Of a stretch of DNA of 64,000 bases, positions 25,727 through 35,082 are shown in pieces. The stretch is from Bacillota bacterium (lineage in GTDB: Bacteria > Bacillota > Sulfobacillia > JAJZYS01 > JAJYTV01): positions 9,708 through 73,707 of the forward strand of contig JAJZAT010000003.1 in assembly GCA_021799275.1 (NCBI GenBank), in the 5' to 3' direction. Made by a program: the position numbers and the translations under genes. Below the pieces are notes generated by a model, which was not told where the DNA came from, ran no database searches, and saw only the letters and a program-made list of their open reading frames with translations. Position 1 is the stretch's first letter. The number at the start of each line of letters is the position of its first letter.

Positions 25727-26501
25727 CTTGAGAAAGCCGGACTACGACGACGTCATCGAACGCCTGCATGCGGTAGCGGACGACTACGGCGGCCAGTTGA
25801 CGCAGTATGCCGAAGCAGACGGTTACCCGCTCTACCACCTCGATCTGCCCGGCCCGGAGGGCGCCCCGCGCTTCCTGCTCTCGGCGGGCATCCATGGCGA
25901 AGAGCCCGGCTCCACGACAGGCTTTCTTGCCTGGGGCGAACACGATCTCGCCAAGTGGCTGCACATCTTCCACATCGAGGCCTTTCCCTGCCTGAATCCC
26001 TGGGGCTTCGAGCGGGGCATCCGCTACGACGCCATGGAGCGCGACCTCAACCGCTGCTTCAAGGACGACCCCGCGCCGCCGGCCGTGCAGATGGTGCGCA
26101 GCCTGACCGAGGGCAAGCGCTACGCCATGGCCGTCGACATGCACGAGGACTGCGACTACTACGGCTTCTACGTCTACGAGCGGCGCGAGCGTGGACCGAA
26201 CGTCGCGCCCGCGCTGCTGCAGCGCATCGCCCTCGAGGGCCCGCTCTCCTATGGCGAGGAGGGCGACGACCCGCCCATCGACCAGGGACTCGTCCGCATG
26301 CAGTGGCCGAACGACAAGACGCTCGTGCAGCTGGCGGCCGAGCGTCCGAAGTGGCCCCTGGCCTTCTACCTCTACCATGTGGCGGACCACGTCATCACCG
26401 TGGAGACTCCCGGCCTGCAGCCACTGGACGTACGTGTGCGCATGCAGCGGGCGGCGGCGGAGACGGCTCTCTCCTTCACGCAGCGACGGCTGGGGCTTTA
26501 A
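25727..26501 (+). CDS. M14 family zinc carboxypeptidase, MpaA-like (gamma-D-Glu-mDAP murein peptide amidase-like)
   Basis: Zinc-ligand region LLSAGIHGEEPGST, with size (~258 aa) and layout like MpaA. TTG start 25727 with GGGAGGAAG SD. The 601-aa tracker ORF is a run-on from antisense of the sigma gene. Confidence 0.6.
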
Positions 26502-26601
26502 GATAGGCCCGGGCCGTTTCGCTCGGCTCGATACTTCCCCAAATGTATCGACGCAGGATTGCGGCACGTTCCACATCGACCTGGAGGTGGCACCCGTGAC
26601 C

Positions 26602-27984
26602 ATGTCCCCGGACGGCTGGCCCCTGGCGGAACCCTACAAGACGAAGATGATCGAATGGATCCGCCTGCTCGAGCCCACGGAGCGCGAAGCCGCCCTGCGG
26701 CGCGCCGGCTACAACCCCTTCAAGCTGCTCGCCCAGGAAGTCTACATCGACCTCCTGACCGACTCGGGCACGTCCGCGATGAGCCAGGAGCAGTGGGGCG
26801 CCCTGATGCGCGGCGACGAGTCTTACGCCGGTTCCCTGAGCTTTCAGGAGCTGGAGCGCTCGGTTGGCGACGTGCTCGGCTTCCCGCTGGTCCTGCCCAC
26901 CCACCAGGGGCGCGCCGCCGAGCACGTGCTCTTCCGCGCCCTCGCCCACCCAGGCGACATCGTGCCGAACAACCTGCACTTCGACACGACGAAGGCCCAC
27001 GTACTCACGGCGGGAGCCACGCCGCTCGACATCGTGATCAAGGAAGGCGAGGACCCGGAAGGCGACTACCCGTTCAAGGGCAACCTCGATCTCGAGCGCC
27101 TCGAAGCCCTCTTGCGCGATCAGGGCGACAAGGTGCCCGTCGTCATGGCCACGGTGACTTCGAACAACAACGGCGGCCAGCCGGTGTCGCTCGAGAACCT
27201 GCGCGCCGTGAGCGAGATCGCGCACCGCTACGGCAAGCCCTTCTTCCTGGACGCGGCGCGCTTCGCCGAGAACGCGTACCTGATCCAGCAGCGCGAGGCG
27301 GGCCAGGCGTCGCGCAGCGTCGCGGACATCGCGCGCGAGATGATGTCCTATGCCGACGGCTGCACGATGTCCGCCAAGAAGGACCCCATGGTGAACATCG
27401 GCGGTTTCGTCGCGCTTCGCGACGAGGACCTCTACCGTCGCCTGCGCGACTTCGGCATCCTCTACGAAGGCTACGCCACCTACGGCGGCCTGGCCGGACG
27501 CGATCTCGCCGCCCTCGCCCAAGGCATCCGCGAAGCGGTCTTCGAACCCCACCTGAGCTACCGCGTCGCGCAGGTCGGGCAGCTGCACGCCGCGCTGCGC
27601 GAGTATGGCGTACCGGTGATGTCGCCTGCCGGCGGCCACGGCGTCTACATCGACGCCGGCCGCATGTTCGATCACCTCAGGCGCGACGTGTTCCCGGGCT
27701 GGGCGCTCAGCGTCGAGCTTTACCGGGAGCGCGGCATCCGCTGCGTCGAGATCGGCACCGTGCTGGCCGGACGTGACCCGCGTACCGGCGAGCACGACTA
27801 CCCGCCGCTTGATCTCGTGCGCCTCGCGATTCCGCGCCGCGTGTACAGCCAGGCCCACCTCGCGCAGGTGGCCGAGGCCGCGCGCCGGATTCTCCTGCGA
27901 CGGCACGACGTGCCGGGCTACCGCTTCACCTACGAGCCACCGACGTTGCGTCATTTCGCGGCCGAATTCGAGCCGCTTGGCTGA
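26602..27984 (+). CDS. tnaA: tryptophanase / tyrosine phenol-lyase family beta-eliminating lyase (most likely tryptophanase)
   Basis: Collinear similarity to TnaA throughout: YKTKMIE...GYN.F.L....V.IDLLTDSGT.AMS..QW.ALM.GDE.Y, PTHQGR.AE, the lysine region SAKKD.MV..GG, and C-terminal FTYEP..LRHF. GGAGGTGG SD. It could instead be tpl. Confidence 0.8.
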   Translation: MSPDGWPLAEPYKTKMIEWIRLLEPTEREAALRRAGYNPFKLLAQEVYIDLLTDSGTSAMSQEQWGALMRGDESYAGSLSFQELERSVGDVLGFPLVLPTHQGRAAEHVLFRALAHPGDIVPNNLHFDTTKAHVLTAGATPLDIVIKEGEDPEGDYPFKGNLDLERLEALLRDQGDKVPVVMATVTSNNNGGQPVSLENLRAVSEIAHRYGKPFFLDAARFAENAYLIQQREAGQASRSVADIAREMMSYADGCTMSAKKDPMVNIGGFVALRDEDLYRRLRDFGILYEGYATYGGLAGRDLAALAQGIREAVFEPHLSYRVAQVGQLHAALREYGVPVMSPAGGHGVYIDAGRMFDHLRRDVFPGWALSVELYRERGIRCVEIGTVLAGRDPRTGEHDYPPLDLVRLAIPRRVYSQAHLAQVAEAARRILLRRHDVPGYRFTYEPPTLRHFAAEFEPLG

Positions 27985-28056
27985 CGGCCGCCAGTCCTGC
28001 CGCACGTCCCCTGCGTTCCGCGCCGCATGGCGGCGGAGACTGTCGCTTGAGGAGGT

Positions 28057-28245
28057 ATGAAGGCATTGGCGAAACTCATGAGCGACAGGCTCCGTGCCCA
28101 ACTGGGCCAGCGGCTGGGCGTGAACGAAGAACTCGTGCGGCGTGAAGGCTGGGGGGCGATCCCCACGCGTACGTGCGGCTCGCTCGTGCGGGCCGCGGTC
28201 GAGGTGGCCGAAGAATCCATGCGGCAAAGGCAACCGCGTCGCTAG
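28057..28245 (+). CDS. small hypothetical protein (62 aa)
   Basis: ORF between tryptophanase and a strong terminator hairpin. GAGGAGG immediately upstream, but the spacing is suboptimal. No family recognised. Confidence 0.25.
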   Translation: MKALAKLMSDRLRAQLGQRLGVNEELVRREGWGAIPTRTCGSLVRAAVEVAEESMRQRQPRR

Positions 28246-28261
28246 TACCCTTGCGCGATCC

Positions 28262-28292
28262 AGGCGGGACCGTCTTGCGGACGGTCCCGCCT
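28262..28292 (+). terminator. intrinsic-terminator-like hairpin (13-bp perfect stem AGGCGGGACCGTC / GACGGTCCCGCCT, 5-nt loop) followed by CTCTTGCGTC
   Basis: Inverted repeat read directly from the sequence. Lies downstream of tnaA/small ORF and upstream of the lexA promoter. Confidence 0.5.
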
Positions 28293-28330
28293 CTTGCGTC
28301 AATATGGTAGCGTGAGATCGAATCCGCGTG

Positions 28331-28359
28331 TTGTATCGCCGCAATGTATTTGGTATATT
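28331..28359 (+). promoter_or_regulatory. sigma-70-type promoter candidate for lexA (TTGTAT - 17 nt - TATATT)
   Basis: Near-consensus -35/-10 hexamers with a 17-nt spacer inside a conspicuously AT-rich patch ~110 nt upstream of lexA in a 70% GC genome. A flanking imperfect dyad CGAATCCGCGTGTTG lies at 28318-28332. Confidence 0.4.
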
Positions 28360-28468
28360 CTGGATCATCGGCGTGATCGCGTGTCCGTGCCCGGCACAGG
28401 GCGGGTGGCTCTGCAGGAATTCCGCTGTCGGACGTTGCAATTGGTCCCCCACGGGAGAGGATGTCGCA

Positions 28469-29089
28469 ATGCCGCGTAAGCGCTCGCACGACCGCGAAGA
28501 GAAAATTCTCGCCTTCATCCGGGAAAGCACCGAAGAGCAGGGCTATCCGCCTTCGATCCGCGAGATCTGCCAGGCGGCCGGTCTCAAGTCGACATCGACG
28601 GTCCACAGTTACCTGCAGCGGCTCGAGCAGTCCGGGCTCATCCGCCGCAATGGGCAGAAGAGCCGGACGATCGAGCTCGTGGGCGAGCGTCCCCGCCTGG
28701 TTCGCCTCCCGCTGGTCGGCAAGGTTGCGGCCGGCAAGCCGATCCTGGCGGAGGAGCTGCGGGAGGGCGACGTCACGCTGCCGGCCGACCTGGTCGGACC
28801 GGGCGAGCACTTCCTTCTGCGCGTGCGTGGCGACTCCATGACCGGTCGCGGCATCTTCGACGGCGACCTCGTGATCGTGCGCCAGCAGAGCTCGGCGGAA
28901 CGCGGCTCGCTCGTCGTCGCGCTGATCGACGGCGAGGCGACCGTCAAGCAACTCGAGCGCGACGGCACCGCCTGGATCCTGCGCGCGGCGAATCCCGCCT
29001 ACGCCGACATGCGCCCGCGCGACCTCAGCATCGTCGGCCGCGTCGTGGGGCTCTTGCGCATGTACAGCGCGGCGCAGGCCATTCGCTGA
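28469..29089 (+). CDS. lexA: LexA transcriptional repressor (S24 peptidase)
   Basis: N-terminal winged helix-turn-helix (EEQGYPPSIREICQAAGLKSTSTVHSYLQRLE), Ala-Gly cleavage-site region (VAAGKP), catalytic Ser (GDSM) and Lys (EATVKQL). GGGAGAGG SD. Confidence 0.9.
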   Translation: MPRKRSHDREEKILAFIRESTEEQGYPPSIREICQAAGLKSTSTVHSYLQRLEQSGLIRRNGQKSRTIELVGERPRLVRLPLVGKVAAGKPILAEELREGDVTLPADLVGPGEHFLLRVRGDSMTGRGIFDGDLVIVRQQSSAERGSLVVALIDGEATVKQLERDGTAWILRAANPAYADMRPRDLSIVGRVVGLLRMYSAAQAIR

Positions 29090-29322
29090 TCCACTGCTCT
29101 TCGCCCAGGGGCCGCCGGGCCACATGCCCGCGGCCCCTTCGTCATGTCCACGATGCTTGGCCAAAATTCCTTGCCGTGACACCTCCCCACTCGTCCTGCT
29201 CGCGTGCGCCCGCACCTGCGGCACGCTTGGAGTTGCCGCAAAGTGGGATCGTTCGGCTGGGGCAGGAAGTTCCGGTGTTCACCGGGCGCGTGCGCAGTAT
29301 CCTGGAAAGCGGAGGCTGTGCG

Positions 29323-29838
29323 ATGCGTCCAAAGGCGATACTTCTCGCGACAGTGGCGGGTATGGTCTTCCTTGGCGGCTGCGGCCAGGCACCACCGACA
29401 CCCGAAGCCGCCGTGAGGCAGTTTATGGGGCCGGAAAGCCACCCCGTCTTCCTCGGCGAGAATTTGCCGTTGCAGGGCGGTCAACTCGCCGTGTTCTACA
29501 AACTCTCGGGATCGACGGCGTACGCCGTTGTTCGGAGGCAGTCCGCGGGATGGCGTGAGCTTGGCAGCGGCTCCGGCTTCGGGTCGACGGCCGCTTGCGG
29601 TTGGGCGGCCTCCTCACGTGATGGAGTGACCTACATCGCCGGGCAGTTTTCCGCTGCGCCCGTGCCGTATTCGGTGCATGTGACGGCCGCCCACACGTTC
29701 CGGACCGGCCTTAGCGAGAACCTGTCCATGTACGTGCCTGTCGACGGCCATGGCTTTTGGGCCGTCCGCCTGCCCTTCAATTCCGGCAACGTGCCCATCG
29801 TAGGTCTCACACATCACGGAACCGTGCGGTGCAATTGA
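29323..29838 (+). CDS. hypothetical lipoprotein (171 aa)
   Basis: Signal peptide with lipobox (LATVAGMVFLGGCGQ). GGAGG SD. No family recognised. Confidence 0.5.
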   Translation: MRPKAILLATVAGMVFLGGCGQAPPTPEAAVRQFMGPESHPVFLGENLPLQGGQLAVFYKLSGSTAYAVVRRQSAGWRELGSGSGFGSTAACGWAASSRDGVTYIAGQFSAAPVPYSVHVTAAHTFRTGLSENLSMYVPVDGHGFWAVRLPFNSGNVPIVGLTHHGTVRCN

Positions 29839-30074
29839 CGCGGGCAGCCTCCAGGCCCTCTTTGGCCGCAAGACGGTCTCGCGATGGCGGACGTCGGTCG
29901 TCAGCACGGGATGGACCGCTAAAGAGAACCCACCATCCACCAGCGGTCAGGCGGACCTGCTTGCCGGTCGGATGGGCCGTAAGTCGGCCCCGAGGACGCA
30001 TCCCATACGTCGCGACCAGGTGAGACGAGGGCCGCCATTCCAAGCATCCCAGCAGTTCGCTAAGTGTCAGCATC

Positions 30075-30100
30075 GGCCCGTGCGCAGCCGCGCACGGGCC
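30075..30100. other. stable hairpin (11-bp perfect stem GGCCCGTGCGC / GCGCACGGGCC, loop AGCC) inside a 570-bp non-coding region upstream of arcA
   Basis: Read directly from the sequence. No T-tract follows, so its role is unclear (terminator, attenuator or structured RNA). Confidence 0.35.
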
Positions 30101-30408
30101 GAGTTCCAATCTGGGGGTCCGCTCTCGACGTTGGCCCGGACATGGTCGTCGTCGACGGGCTAGCGCATGCATCTCCTGCATAAGGTGCGACGCGGGGTCG
30201 GACAGGGGCTCAGATGATCGCTGCCGCCGGGACCCCCTGGCCACCAGACAGCCCGCGCCAACCCCCGGTTGCCGCATAGGCTGGGAGCACGGTCCGATTC
30301 CGGCCACCAAGGGCGTCGCTACGGCGATGCCCGCTTCCCTTCCCCAGGCGGACCGTCCCTTGGCGTCCGATCAGATTCCCCAGGCCCACGTGAGGAAGCG
30401 ACCCGAAG

Positions 30409-31644
30409 ATGAACCAACTGGTGTCCGTAACGTCCGAGATCGGTCTCCTGGAGGCCGTCGTCGTGCACAGGCCGGGTCGCGAGATCGACAACCTGACCCC
30501 TGACGCCATGACCTCCCTGCTGTTCGACGACATCCCCTACCTCCCCGCCATGCAGCGGGAGCACGACCGTTTCGTCGAGGTCCTGCGGCAGCGGGGCGCC
30601 CAGGTGCTCTACCTCAAGGACCTCGTGCGCGACTCGCTGCGGGACGAAGCGGTGCGCGACGCCTTCCTCGACCAGTTCCTTCGGGAGAGCGGCGTGCAGG
30701 AGACGCGGGTGTTCTCGCGACTCAAGGCGCATCTCGTCTCCCTGGCGGCGGCGGATCTCGTGGACACGCTGATGGCCGGCGTGGCACGGCGTGACCTCGC
30801 CGAAGGCAGCCGCGACCATCTGAGCGATCTCGTGGCCGACCAGTCGCTCTTCCACCTTGAACCGATACCGAACCTCTACTTCACCCGGGACCCCGCCGCC
30901 GTGATCGGGCAGGGATTGTCGCTCAGCAGCATGCGCTGGCCGGCTCGCCGGCGCGAGACCCTGCTCATGCAGGTCGTGGCCGAGCACCACCAGCTCTTCC
31001 GCGATCTCCCCATCTGGTTCGACCGTGGGCACGTCTCGCCCATGGAGGGCGGCGACCAGCTCGTACTGTCGCCCGAGGTGCTCTTCGTCGGCATCAGCGA
31101 GCGCACGTCGGCGGACTCTGTCGAGCGCCTGGCGCGCCGCCTGCTCGCTGCCCCCGGCACCATGCGCACCGTGGTCGCGGTCGAGATCCCGAAGCTGCGC
31201 AGCAGCATGCACCTCGACACCGTCTTCACCCAGGTGGACCTCGACAAGTTCACGATCCATCCCGATGTGCTGGCGGGCAGCAGACGCCTTGGCCTCTTTG
31301 TCCTGGACATGGGCCCGGACGAGGACCTGCGCATCCGTCCCCACGACGACCTCGCGTCCCTGCTGACGTCCCTGCTGCACCTCGCAGAGGTGGATCTCAT
31401 CCCTTGCGGCGGCGGTGACCGGGTCGCGGCGTCGCGCGAGCAGTGGAACGACGCCTCCAATACGTTCGCCGTTGCGCCAGGTGTCGTGCTGGCCTACGAC
31501 CGCAACAGCATTTCGAACGCCGTGCTCCGCCGTCACGGCGTCGAGGTGATCGAGATCCCGAGTTCGGAGCTCAGCCGCGGCCGCGGCGGACCGCGCTGCA
31601 TGAGCATGCCGCTGCGGCGGCGCCCTGTCGCCGCAAGGTCCTAG
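30409..31644 (+). CDS. arcA: arginine deiminase
   Basis: N-terminus V.SEIG.L..V..H.PG.E..NL.P.....LLFDDI, catalytic C-terminal GGPRCMSMPL. 411 aa. Confidence 0.9.
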   Translation: MNQLVSVTSEIGLLEAVVVHRPGREIDNLTPDAMTSLLFDDIPYLPAMQREHDRFVEVLRQRGAQVLYLKDLVRDSLRDEAVRDAFLDQFLRESGVQETRVFSRLKAHLVSLAAADLVDTLMAGVARRDLAEGSRDHLSDLVADQSLFHLEPIPNLYFTRDPAAVIGQGLSLSSMRWPARRRETLLMQVVAEHHQLFRDLPIWFDRGHVSPMEGGDQLVLSPEVLFVGISERTSADSVERLARRLLAAPGTMRTVVAVEIPKLRSSMHLDTVFTQVDLDKFTIHPDVLAGSRRLGLFVLDMGPDEDLRIRPHDDLASLLTSLLHLAEVDLIPCGGGDRVAASREQWNDASNTFAVAPGVVLAYDRNSISNAVLRRHGVEVIEIPSSELSRGRGGPRCMSMPLRRRPVAARS

Positions 31645-31660
31645 GAAAGGTGGTCCCGGC

Positions 31661-32653
31661 ATGGGCCTGAATCTGCACGGCCGCAGCATCCTCGAACCCG
31701 CCGACCTCAGCCCGGAGGAACTTGACTACATCCTCGATCTCTCCGACGAGCTCAAACTGCTCAAGGCAGCCGGCAACCTGAGGCCGATCCTGCGGGGAAA
31801 GTCGGTCGCCCTGCTCTTCGAGAAGCCGTCGACCCGCACGCGCTGCGCCTTCGCCGTCGCCTGCGCGGAACTCGGCGCCCACCCCGAGTTCCTGGGCAAG
31901 GACGAGATCCACTTCGGCAAAAAGGAATCCGTGCGCGACACCGCGCGGGTGCTCGGCCGGCTGTTCGACGCGATCGAGTACCGCGGCTTCGACCACGCCA
32001 CCGTGCAGGGCCTGGCGCGCGACGCCGGCGTGCCGGTCTACAACGGCCTCACCGACCTCTGGCACCCCACCCAGGTGCTCGCGGACCTGATGACGCTCCG
32101 GAGCCACGTCGGCTCCCTGCGCCATGCGCGCCTCGCCTACCTTGGCGACGCGCGCAACAACATGGGCAACAGCCTCCTCGTGGCCGCAGCCCAGGCCGGC
32201 CTCGACTTCCGCATCGCCGCGCCGGCGGATCTCCTGCCAAGCCAGGACGTCGTGCGGGCGGCGGAGGTTCTGGCGGCCCAGACGGGGGCCCGTCTGAGCG
32301 TCGGCGAGAGCGTCCGCGAGGCGGTGCGCGGCGCCGACGCGATCTACACGGACGTCTGGACCTCCATGGGCGAAGAGGCGAAACTCTCCGAACGCATCGC
32401 CCTGCTGAGGCCTTATCAGGTCACCGCGGACGTGCTCGCGGCGAGCGGCAATCCCGACGTCCTCTTCATGCACTGCCTGCCCGCGATCCACGACAGCCGC
32501 ACTGCCCTGGGGCGGGAGGTCCGGGAGAAGTACGGCATGGAGGGTCTCGAGGTGACGGACGAGGTCTTCGAGAGCAGGCACTCGGTCGTGTTCGAACAGG
32601 CCGAGAACCGCCTGCACACCATCGGCGCGCTGCTCGTCTCGACGCTTGCCTGA
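31661..32653 (+). CDS. arcB: ornithine carbamoyltransferase (catabolic)
   Basis: STRTR carbamoyl-phosphate-binding motif and the HCLP motif. AAAGGTGG SD. 330 aa. Confidence 0.9.
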   Translation: MGLNLHGRSILEPADLSPEELDYILDLSDELKLLKAAGNLRPILRGKSVALLFEKPSTRTRCAFAVACAELGAHPEFLGKDEIHFGKKESVRDTARVLGRLFDAIEYRGFDHATVQGLARDAGVPVYNGLTDLWHPTQVLADLMTLRSHVGSLRHARLAYLGDARNNMGNSLLVAAAQAGLDFRIAAPADLLPSQDVVRAAEVLAAQTGARLSVGESVREAVRGADAIYTDVWTSMGEEAKLSERIALLRPYQVTADVLAASGNPDVLFMHCLPAIHDSRTALGREVREKYGMEGLEVTDEVFESRHSVVFEQAENRLHTIGALLVSTLA

Positions 32654-32756
32654 AAGAAGGGTGACCCTGGAGCCGGCCCGCGGCACACCAGCCCTGCACG
32701 CCGGTTCCCTGGGCCCCTGCCCCGGTTCCGCAGTCGAACAGACGAAGGTGAACGTC

Positions 32757-33704
32757 GTGCCTGAGCTCGTGGTCGTCGCCCTCGGCGGCAATGCCATCGC
32801 CGAACGGGAGCGTGTGCGGGCGGAGCAGCAGGTGGAAAGGGTGCGCCAGACCGCGGACGCCATCGTGGAGATCGTCGAGGAGGGCTACAGGGTCTGCCTC
32901 GCCCACGGCAACGGCCCGCAGGTGGGGTCGATCGTCCTGCAGCAGCACGCTGCCGATTCCGGGAAGACCCCGGCGATGCCGCTCGACGTCTGCGGCGCGA
33001 TGAGCCAGGGCATGATCGGCTACTGGCTGCAGCAGGCCCTGCAGGAGTCGCTTGAGGTCCGGGGCCTCGGAGCGCCGTGCGCCACGGTCATCTCGAGGAC
33101 CCTCGTGGACCCGGCCGACCCGGCGTTCCAACACCCGACCAAGCCGATCGGCCCCTTCTACGGGGCTGAGGAAGCGCAGGCCCTCGCGCGGGAGAGCGGT
33201 CACATCTTCCGGGAAGACTCAGGCCGCGGCTATCGCCGCGTGGTGCCCTCTCCCCGCCCCGTCGAGATCCTCGAACTCCAGGCCGTGCGGCATCTCCTAA
33301 ACGAGGGTTGCCTCGTCATCGCCGCAGGCGGCGGCGGCATCCCGGTGCTGCGGCATCCCGACACCCGCCGCTGCCAGGGCGTCGAGGCGGTCATCGACAA
33401 GGATCTCGCCGCGGCCACCCTGGCCGACCAGCTCGACGCGGACGTCCTTCTGATCCTCACGTCCGTACCGGGCGCCGCCCTCCATTTCGGTCGGCGCGAC
33501 CAGACCTACCTGGGCCAGGTGACGATCCCCGAGCTCGAGGGCCACGTCCGCGACGGCGAGTTCGCCCCCGGCAGCATGCTGCCGAAGGTCGAGGCATGCA
33601 TCGGTTTCGTCCGGGGACGCAGGCAGCGTCGCGCCGCGATCGCCACCATCGAGGACGCCGTCGCGGCGCTCCACGGACAGACTGGCACGCAGGTGCGGCC
33701 TTGA
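32757..33704 (+). CDS. arcC: carbamate kinase
   Basis: Start (V)PELVVVALGGNAI matches the carbamate kinase N-terminus. Has the motif GNGPQVG and C-terminal GSMLPKVEA. GTG 32757 with an AAGGTGA SD is preferred over GTG 32748. Confidence 0.85.
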   Translation: MPELVVVALGGNAIAERERVRAEQQVERVRQTADAIVEIVEEGYRVCLAHGNGPQVGSIVLQQHAADSGKTPAMPLDVCGAMSQGMIGYWLQQALQESLEVRGLGAPCATVISRTLVDPADPAFQHPTKPIGPFYGAEEAQALARESGHIFREDSGRGYRRVVPSPRPVEILELQAVRHLLNEGCLVIAAGGGGIPVLRHPDTRRCQGVEAVIDKDLAAATLADQLDADVLLILTSVPGAALHFGRRDQTYLGQVTIPELEGHVRDGEFAPGSMLPKVEACIGFVRGRRQRRAAIATIEDAVAALHGQTGTQVRP

Positions 33705-33707
33705 CCG

Positions 33708-35051
33708 TCAGTAGGACATCAGGTACTGCTCGATCTCCCAGCCGTGCACCTGCGCCTCGTAGATCTGCCACTCGATCTCCTTGGCCTCGAGGATCTGCCG
33801 TGTGATGTGCTCGCCCAGGGCCGCGCGCACGAGCTCGTCCCCGCGCAGGGCGCGGGCGGCCGCCCCGAGCGTGCGCGGCAGTTCCTCGATGCCGAGTTCG
33901 CGCTGCTCCTCGCGTGTCAGGCGGTACATGTCCCTCGGCACCGGCGGCGGCGGCTCGAGCGCCCGCTGCACCCCGTCCAGCCCGGCCGCCAGCGTCGCGG
34001 CCAACACGAGATAAGGGTTGCAGGACGGGTCCGGCGAGCGCAGCTCGATGCGCGTGCGCTCGCCCCGCTCGTCCGGCACGCGGACGAGCGGGCTGCGGTT
34101 CGAGAGCGACCAGGCGATGTGGATCGGCGCCTCGTAGCCGGGCTGCAGACGCTTGTACGAATTGACGAGCGGATTCGCGACCAGCGTCAGTCCGCGAGCG
34201 TGCGCCATCACGCCGGCGATGAAGTGGCGGGCGGTGTCCGACAGTCCGTCCGCGGCCTCAAACGCCGCGAAGGCGTTGTGCCCGCCCTGCCAAAGCGCGA
34301 GGTGCAGGTGCAGTCCGGAGCCGTTGATGCCGAAGACCGGCTTGGGCATGAAGGTGGCATGCAGCCCGTGCTCGCGCGCCACGATGCGCGCGACGATGCG
34401 GAACGTGGCGAGGAGGTCCGCCGCCTCCAGGGCCGGCAGCTCCTTGAAGTCGATCTCGTGCTGTCCCGGCGACACTTCGTGGTGCGCGGCCTCCACGGCG
34501 ACGCCCATGGCGGAGAGCTGGCTGACGATGTCCGCCCGGGCACGCTCCCCGGCGTCGGCAGGCGAGAGATCGAAGTAGCCGGACTGGTCCGTCGTCTCCG
34601 CCCGCACACGCCCGTCCGGTCCGACCGGGAACAGGAAGAATTCCGGCTCGGCGCCTGCGCGGAACGCGAAACCGGCCGCCTCGGCCGCCGCTAGCTGCCG
34701 CCGCAACGCCGTGCGCGGGCAGCCGCCGAACGGGCTGCCGTCCGGCCGCACGATGTCGCAGAGGAGGCGCGCCGTCTCGGGCTGCCAGGGATAGCGCAGG
34801 TAGGTCCCGGGATCGGGACGCAGGAACATGTCCGACTCCTCGATGCGCACAAAGCCCTCGATCGACGAGCCGTCGAACACGATGCCCTCCTCGAGGGCGC
34901 GCGGCAGTTCGCTGCGGGGGATGCTCACGCTCTTCATCGTGCCGAGGATGTCAGTGAACTGCAGCTGGACGACCTCGATGCCCTGCTCGCCGGCGAGATG
35001 CAGCACATCCTGGGCCGTGTGGGACGCCAATGTCTCAGCCCCTTCGTCCAC
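33708..35051 (-). CDS. glnA: glutamine synthetase type I
   Basis: Beta-grasp N-domain (VQLQFTDILG..K), catalytic-domain motifs (GSGLHLHLAL, NPYLV, SYKRL). 447 aa. The stop is convergent with the arcC stop (3-nt gap). Confidence 0.9.
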   Translation of the reverse strand: MDEGAETLASHTAQDVLHLAGEQGIEVVQLQFTDILGTMKSVSIPRSELPRALEEGIVFDGSSIEGFVRIEESDMFLRPDPGTYLRYPWQPETARLLCDIVRPDGSPFGGCPRTALRRQLAAAEAAGFAFRAGAEPEFFLFPVGPDGRVRAETTDQSGYFDLSPADAGERARADIVSQLSAMGVAVEAAHHEVSPGQHEIDFKELPALEAADLLATFRIVARIVAREHGLHATFMPKPVFGINGSGLHLHLALWQGGHNAFAAFEAADGLSDTARHFIAGVMAHARGLTLVANPLVNSYKRLQPGYEAPIHIAWSLSNRSPLVRVPDERGERTRIELRSPDPSCNPYLVLAATLAAGLDGVQRALEPPPPVPRDMYRLTREEQRELGIEELPRTLGAAARALRGDELVRAALGEHITRQILEAKEIEWQIYEAQVHGWEIEQYLMSY

Positions 35052-35082
35052 AATCTAGCATCATTCGCCCCGCCCTGGCGAT

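Noticed and set aside
24696-26501. 601-aa plus-strand ORF
   Set aside because: It is a run-on that begins antisense to the ECF sigma and anti-sigma genes. Only the last 258 codons, from TTG 25727 with a GGGAGGAAG SD, encode the M14 peptidase.
28310-28335. Cheo-type LexA box (CGAACNNNNGTTCG) upstream of lexA
   Set aside because: Only an imperfect dyad (CGAAT-CCGC-GTGTTG, with two or more mismatches) is present. It is reported as a weak candidate in the findings rather than as a feature.
26476-28530. 684-aa minus-strand ORF
   Set aside because: It is antisense to the tryptophanase gene, which is strongly family-matched.
30319-31689. 456-aa minus-strand ORF
   Set aside because: It is antisense to arcA, which has the catalytic Cys motif.
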